Below, piece by piece: positions 59,323 to 64,000 of a stretch of 64,000 nt of DNA. A program made the position numbers and the translations under genes. The notes beneath the pieces are model-generated. The model had not been told where the DNA came from and did no database searches. It saw nothing but the letters and a program-made list of their open reading frames with translations. The first letter of the stretch is position 1, and the number at the start of each line of letters is the position of its first letter. Origin of the DNA: an uncultured Chloroflexia bacterium (GTDB lineage Bacteria; Chloroflexota; Limnocylindria; Limnocylindrales; CSP1-4); assembly GCA_963713975.1 (NCBI GenBank), contig OY970218.1, positions 2,432,001 to 2,496,000 on the forward strand, in the 5' to 3' direction.

Positions 59323-60210
59323 TCAGACCAGGGGCCAGGGCAGCGCGGGCCAGCGGGGATCGGGATGGGGGAACACGCCGGCCTCCAGCAGGCGGTCGAT
59401 GCGACGGATTGTCGCCGCCACCTCGATCGGGTCGAGGAGTGCCCGCAGCTCGTCGCCCAGCACGCCGTCCAGGCCCTCGCGCAGCGTCCGGAGCACCGCG
59501 GCCTCCGCCTCGTCGAACGGCTGGCCGCGCCACGCCCACAGGACCGTCCGGAGCTTCGGCACCGGGGAGAACGTGACGCCGTGATCCACGCCGTACACAT
59601 GACCACCCGGTACCGGGATCAGGTGGCCCGCCTTGCGATCGGTGTTGTTCACCGTGACGTCGAAGACGGCGACCGACCGCAGCCGCGCGTCCTCCCCGAC
59701 GACCATCGAGACGGGATCGGCCGCGGGATCGGCCTTGATCCAGAGTTGGAGCATCCCCTCGCCGAACGGTCCGTCGCGCAGGACGGTGGGGGGCACGATG
59801 TCCCAGCCCGATGCCCGCGACACGGCAAACGCCGCGACCTCGCGGCGGGCCAGCGTGTGGTCCGGGAAGTCGCCCAGGGGTTGCTCGCCCATGACGGGCT
59901 TGTAGATGCACGCGGCGACCAGGTCGTCGCCGCCGACACCTCCGCCCGGTCGCGACACGAGGCACAGCATCGCGTTGTTGCTTGAGGCCCAGAGGCGTCC
60001 GACCACGTGGAGCTCGCCGTCGCGCAGGAGCGACAGCGCCACGTCCACCGGCAGCACGGGCATCGGCAGGCCCAGGTCGTCCACCGAGGCCGCCTCCTCG
60101 GCGTCGTCGTCCTCGCCGTCGGCGTCCGCGGGGAGGACCTCCTCGCCTTCGTCGATCTCGGCCTCCATCTCGGCCTGGATCTCGGCGTCGAGCGCGTCAG
60201 GTTCGGTCAC
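59323..60210 (-). CDS. SCO1664-family PI3/PI4-kinase-like protein
   Basis: ASSN, YKPVMGEQPL.DFP..TLARREVAA, NNTDRKAGH, GVDHG, KLRTVLW and PWP motifs. Confidence 0.88.
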   Translation of the reverse strand: MTEPDALDAEIQAEMEAEIDEGEEVLPADADGEDDDAEEAASVDDLGLPMPVLPVDVALSLLRDGELHVVGRLWASSNNAMLCLVSRPGGGVGGDDLVAACIYKPVMGEQPLGDFPDHTLARREVAAFAVSRASGWDIVPPTVLRDGPFGEGMLQLWIKADPAADPVSMVVGEDARLRSVAVFDVTVNNTDRKAGHLIPVPGGHVYGVDHGVTFSPVPKLRTVLWAWRGQPFDEAEAAVLRTLREGLDGVLGDELRALLDPIEVAATIRRIDRLLEAGVFPHPDPRWPALPWPLV

Positions 60211-60226
60211 GGAGCCCTGCGATCGG

Positions 60227-60793
60227 TCAGTTCAGGCGGTGGCCGTTGCGACGCGGGCAGAGGTGGCCCTGGGGATCCAGCGGCTGGCCGCACAGCGGGC
60301 ACGGCGGCCGTCCGGAGGCGACCACCCGGACGGCGCGGGCGATGAACTCGCGGGCATAGGCCGGGGTGATCCGGACACGCAGCACGTCGGGGCCTTCCTC
60401 GTCGTCGTCATCGACCTCGACATCCTCGCCCTCATCGTCCTCGTCCTCCTCGGTGAGCTCGAGAGCCTCGAGCAGGATCAGGTCGTCCGCGGTGTCCCAG
60501 CCCAGCGACAGGGTGCCGACACGGAAGGCCTCGTTGATGGGCTCGTCCAGGGCAGCGGTGTCGCCGACGATCCCGGGCTGCTCCTCCGCCCCCTCCACGT
60601 CCCGCCGCTCCAGCTCCTCGAGCAGGTCGCCCAGGCGCTCGGCGAGGACCGCCACCTGAACCTTCTCGATCGATACGGACACGATCCGCGTGCCGTCGCG
60701 GGCCTGGAGGAAGAACGTGCGGGTGCCGGGCGCACCCACTGTTCCGGTGACGAAGCGGTCGGGGGTGTCGAAGAGGTATCGGCGTCGCGGCAT
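60227..60793 (-). CDS. DUF3090 family protein
   Basis: DRFVTGTVGAPGTRTFFLQ; GRPPCPLCGQPLDPQGHLCPRRNGH. Confidence 0.9.
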   Translation of the reverse strand: MPRRRYLFDTPDRFVTGTVGAPGTRTFFLQARDGTRIVSVSIEKVQVAVLAERLGDLLEELERRDVEGAEEQPGIVGDTAALDEPINEAFRVGTLSLGWDTADDLILLEALELTEEDEDDEGEDVEVDDDDEEGPDVLRVRITPAYAREFIARAVRVVASGRPPCPLCGQPLDPQGHLCPRRNGHRLN

Positions 60794-60817
60794 CAGGCGA
60801 GGGTACCGGAACCGCCG

Positions 60818-62440
60818 TCAGTCGACCTGCACCGACACCTGGTCGCGCCCACGCGCCCCGTCCGGATCCGGTCGTGTCACGTCGGCGGTCTGGACCTGGC
60901 CCGTGCCATCCGTCGCCCGGACGGTGAAGGTGTGATGGCCGGCCGTCGCGGGCCAGGCGAACTTCCACTGGACCCATGTCTGGGGGCCCAGGGCGGTGGC
61001 CAGCGTCGCAGGCTGCCAGTCGCCGTCGTCGACCTGGATCTCCACCTTCGAGATGCCCCGGTCGGGCGCCCAGGCGACCCCTGCCACCGCGATGACATCG
61101 CCCACGCGCCGCTGGGTATTGGGGCGGGGCACGTCGATCCGGGCCTGGGTCAGGATCGGTGCCTCCTTCGCCCAGCCGCGCGGCACCCAGTAGGCGTCGA
61201 AAGCCTCGAGGGTCGTGAGCTCGAGCTCGCTCAGCCACTTGGTGGCCGACACGTAGCCGTACAGCCCGGGGACGATCAGCCTGGCCGGGAATCCGTGATC
61301 CGGCGGGAGCGGGACGCCGTTCATCTTGACGGCGATCAGGGCGTCACGCGGCCGGTCCGGCTCGGTGACCCAGGCGGTGGGGAAGCCGGCCGTCCAGCCA
61401 TCCACGGAGCGGGGCACGATCTGGGTCGCACCGTCCTTGATCCCCGCCATGGCCAGGACGTCCGTCAGCCGGACACCCGTCCACTTCGCGTTGCCCACGA
61501 GGTTGCCACCAACCTCGTTGCTGACACACGCGATGGTGACGTACTGCTCGACCAGCGGGAGCTGGACCAGATCCTCGTAGGTGAGGACGACCTCCCGATC
61601 CACCATGCCGAAGACCCGGAGCTTCCAGGTATCGATGTCGACCGACGGTGTCACGAGCGCCGTGTCGATCCGGTAGAACTCGTCGTTGGGGACCACGAGC
61701 GGTGTCAGGCCCTCCAGTCCGAAGGCGTTGTCCGGCGTGATCGACGGCGCGGGTTCGACCGCGTCCGGGACCCCGATGCTCGCGGCGCGCTCGTTCAGCG
61801 AGCGCTGGTCCAGCATCGAGCGCCCGGCGAAGTGGCCCACGAGTGCCAGCGCTCCGAGCGCCCCGGCCCGGACGAGGAACCCTCGGCGCGTGGCATCGGC
61901 GCCCGGGGTGCCGGCGCGATCCACCGGGCCGGCCGGGGCCTGGGGCTGCGGGCGGGCGGCCCCCAGCAGGTAGACCAGGACCATGAGCCCCACGCCGACC
62001 TGCAGGGCGGCCGAGAGCGCCACCAGGGGCAGCGATGCTGTCGGGTCCCGCAGCGCCGCGAGCGCGCCGACCCCGACCAGGGCGACGATCGCCGCACCGG
62101 CAGCCGGCAGGCTGTGTCGCGCCAGCAGCCCGATCCCGGCCCCGATGGCGAGCACGGTCGCCGCGACCAGGATCAGCAGCGCCAGCTTGTCGTTCGTGCC
62201 GAACAGCGCGACGATCACGTCCTTCGAGCCCGGCGGCGCGAGGTCGATGACGGTCGCACCAACGGCGACCAGCGGCGACGGCGCCCCCACGACCAGGCCC
62301 GCGACCAGCTCGCCCGTTGCCAGCGAGGCGCCTGCGGCAACCACGCCGGAGATCGCCGCGGCCCAGCGTGCGGGTCGGGCGTCGGGCGGGGCGGTTGCGT
62401 CGGGAGCTTCGGTCGTGGTTGGCGCGGCGGGGTCGGTCAT
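60818..62440 (-). CDS. Membrane-anchored molybdopterin-dependent oxidoreductase (sulfite oxidase family)
   Basis: N-terminal TM helices; FYRIDTAL, CVSNEVGG..GNAKWTGV and HGFPARLIVPGLYGYVSATKW motifs. Confidence 0.92.
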   Translation of the reverse strand: MTDPAAPTTTEAPDATAPPDARPARWAAAISGVVAAGASLATGELVAGLVVGAPSPLVAVGATVIDLAPPGSKDVIVALFGTNDKLALLILVAATVLAIGAGIGLLARHSLPAAGAAIVALVGVGALAALRDPTASLPLVALSAALQVGVGLMVLVYLLGAARPQPQAPAGPVDRAGTPGADATRRGFLVRAGALGALALVGHFAGRSMLDQRSLNERAASIGVPDAVEPAPSITPDNAFGLEGLTPLVVPNDEFYRIDTALVTPSVDIDTWKLRVFGMVDREVVLTYEDLVQLPLVEQYVTIACVSNEVGGNLVGNAKWTGVRLTDVLAMAGIKDGATQIVPRSVDGWTAGFPTAWVTEPDRPRDALIAVKMNGVPLPPDHGFPARLIVPGLYGYVSATKWLSELELTTLEAFDAYWVPRGWAKEAPILTQARIDVPRPNTQRRVGDVIAVAGVAWAPDRGISKVEIQVDDGDWQPATLATALGPQTWVQWKFAWPATAGHHTFTVRATDGTGQVQTADVTRPDPDGARGRDQVSVQVD

Positions 62441-62454
62441 CGGTCACCAGTATG

Positions 62455-62481
62455 TTCGCTGCAGGCGGGCCGGCGGATCGG
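62455..62481 (-). promoter_or_regulatory. SigK-type ECF promoter of the Mo-oxidoreductase gene
   Basis: CCGATCC-N16-CGAA on the minus strand, 14 nt before the start codon. Confidence 0.65.
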
Positions 62482-62654
62482 TCATGGCCGGCGGATCGCG
62501 CCATGGCCCGCGGATCAGGCCGCGCCACGAATCTGCGGCCGACGCGTGACGCCTTCGTGACGGGCAACGGCACCCCCGTGGCCCCGGGGGCACGCTCCGG
62601 GCTACGATCGGGACGGCGCCGCCGGTCGTGTGGCGCGACCGCGTGAGGTGCGGC

Positions 62655-63325
62655 GTGCCGCTCGAGCCACGGTTCGGCCTGTTCATGAGCCAGGCGGACA
62701 AGCCCTGGAGCCAGGTGCGCGACGAGTTCCGCCTCGCAGACGAGCTGGGCTTCGACCACGCGTGGCTGGTCGACCACCTGTTGGACACGGACGGCCCGCC
62801 CGAGAACGGGTGCCTGGAGGCGTGGACCCTGCTGGCGGCGCTCGCCGCGGAGACCCGTCGTATCCGGCTCGGGGTCCTGGTGTCGTCCAACACGTTCCGC
62901 CATCCGTCGCTGCTCGCGAAGCAGGCCGTCACGGTGGACCACGTCAGCGGCGGGCGGCTGATCCTGGGCATCGGGGCGGGCTGGCATGCGGACGAGCACC
63001 GCCGGAGGCGCGCACTACCGGCTGGACGACGCGGTGTTCCAGCCGCGTCCCGTGCAGCAGCCCCGGATCCCGCTGCTGATCGCCGCCCACCGGCGCCGCA
63101 TGATCCGCCTGGCGGCGCGCTACGCGGACCAGTGGGACACCTTCCCGGAGATCCCCGGAGGTCGTGGCCGACGAGGCCGCCAACGAGGCGTTCGCACGAC
63201 GCCACCTCGCGCTGGGCTTCACGGATGTCTCGGTCGTCCCCCGTGGGGTCGCCGAGGCGCGCCTGCGCCGGATCGCTGACGAGATCCTGCCCGCCCTGCG
63301 CTCCGAGTTCGCGCCCGCCGGCTGA
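62655..63325 (+). pseudogene. LLM-class oxidoreductase pseudogene with two frame-breaking internal deletions
   Basis: LLM motifs continue over three frame segments (..[11 protein letters not shown] / [19 protein letters not shown] / [14 protein letters not shown]); segments present in the paralogues at 14872 and 20582 are missing. Confidence 0.75.
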
Positions 63326-63358
63326 GGTCGCTCGCCGGCTGAGGTCGCCCGGCGGGGG

Positions 63359-64000
63359 TCAGGTCGGGGTCGGCGCGGGCGTGGGTGCCACGGTCGGCGT
63401 CGGTGCCGGGGTCGGCGGTGCCACAGTCGGCGTCGGTGCGGGCGTGGGCGCCACCGTTGGCGCGGGTGTGGGCGTCGCTGGGATCGGCGTCGGCGTGGGT
63501 TCCGGGGTCAGCGTCGGAGCCTCGGACGGCGGGGCCGACGCGGAATCCGATGGCGACGGGCAGACCACGGGCGTCGCGAACGGATCCACCGTCGCGAACG
63601 GATCCACGGATGCCGATGGATCGGGTGAGGCGCACGGGTCCACGGTCGGGGTCGGCGACGGCGACGGCGACGCGCACCCGGCACCGCCCACGAGCGCGCC
63701 CCACGAGCGGCCGTAGGGCACGAACGAGCCGTTGTAGAAGTAGCTGGTCCGGGTGCCCTCAGGGCCGCCCCTGCGACCCGGGCCCTTCTCGGCGCGGGCG
63801 AGCCACTCGTTGTTCGCGGCCATCCAGTTGGCGTGCTCATCCTCGAACCCGGCCACGAACAGCACCTGCTCGCCGCAGGCATCGGCGGCCAGGCGCTCGG
63901 TCGGCGCGGTGCCCGCGAGGAACAGCGACTCGACGGTGGGGCCGCCACCGGGCAGCAGCCCCGTCCACGGGTCGACCGCCGCCGTGGTGAGGCCGCCCGG
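63359..64000 (-). CDS. C-terminal part of a secreted protein with a Pro/Thr-rich tail, probably a class A penicillin-binding protein (5' end lies outside the window)
   Basis: Frame open to the window edge: ..[20 protein letters not shown].. resembles PBP1A C-terminal extensions; PTPT repeats at the end. Confidence 0.5.
   Translation of the reverse strand, partial: PGGLTTAAVDPWTGLLPGGGPTVESLFLAGTAPTERLAADACGEQVLFVAGFEDEHANWMAANNEWLARAEKGPGRRGGPEGTRTSYFYNGSFVPYGRSWGALVGGAGCASPSPSPTPTVDPCASPDPSASVDPFATVDPFATPVVCPSPSDSASAPPSEAPTLTPEPTPTPIPATPTPAPTVAPTPAPTPTVAPPTPAPTPTVAPTPAPTPT

Noticed and set aside
62990-63170. Programmed ribosomal frameshifting in the LLM gene
   Set aside because: There is no slippery heptamer, and conserved barrel segments are physically missing, so recoding could not restore the protein.
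63360-63610. Tandem GTCGGC-type and 18-bp repeats
   Set aside because: They encode the Pro/Thr-rich linker and VDPFAT repeats of the last CDS; ordinary coding low complexity.

Overview
This is a very GC-rich bacterial chromosomal window (roughly 70+% GC by eye) that is dense in genes. The gene content suggests Chloroflexota, possibly Limnocylindria-like; that assignment is inference only, based on F420 genes, an actinobacterial-style arg operon, a DUF4397 protein with an LPxTDT tail and an HTH-PD-(D/E)XK gene. From left to right it holds: the 3' end of galT, argH, add, an orphan GAF histidine kinase, the argCJBRG operon with a clear tandem ARG box, an ABC exporter, trxB and an MFS gene. An F420 cluster follows (cofD, cofC, cofE, two LLM enzymes and a PPOX enzyme), interrupted by a vapBC pair and a TetR/epimerase pair. 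Then come mtaP, suhB, pncA-SRPBCC-flap nuclease, an XRE-HTH/nuclease gene, aceE, chrA, FTR1, two PQQ sugar dehydrogenases, DUF72, MarR, a cysteine desulfurase-like gene and an amidinotransferase + M20 deacylase pair. The right part holds a TM0106 (Dna2-like) nuclease-helicase, a URO-D-family + class III aminotransferase pair, DUF4397, a small Zn-ribbon gene, META, an FGGY kinase + FAD oxidoreductase pair, SCO1664/DUF3090, a Mo-oxidoreductase, a broken LLM gene and the 3' end of a probable PBP. I found no rRNA, tRNA, CRISPR array or IS transposase. The most unusual signal is non-coding: symmetric ~130-140 bp intergenic elements whose conserved boxes are separated by fixed-length, sequence-variable spacers. 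Two gap-free homologous copies lie at 25.1 and 43.2 kb. A similarly built palindrome lies directly behind the HTH-nuclease gene, and fragments occur at 22.5-22.7 kb. Also notable are pervasive leaderless promoters, two matching SigK-type ECF promoters, and a small Zn-ribbon gene with a long structured leader.
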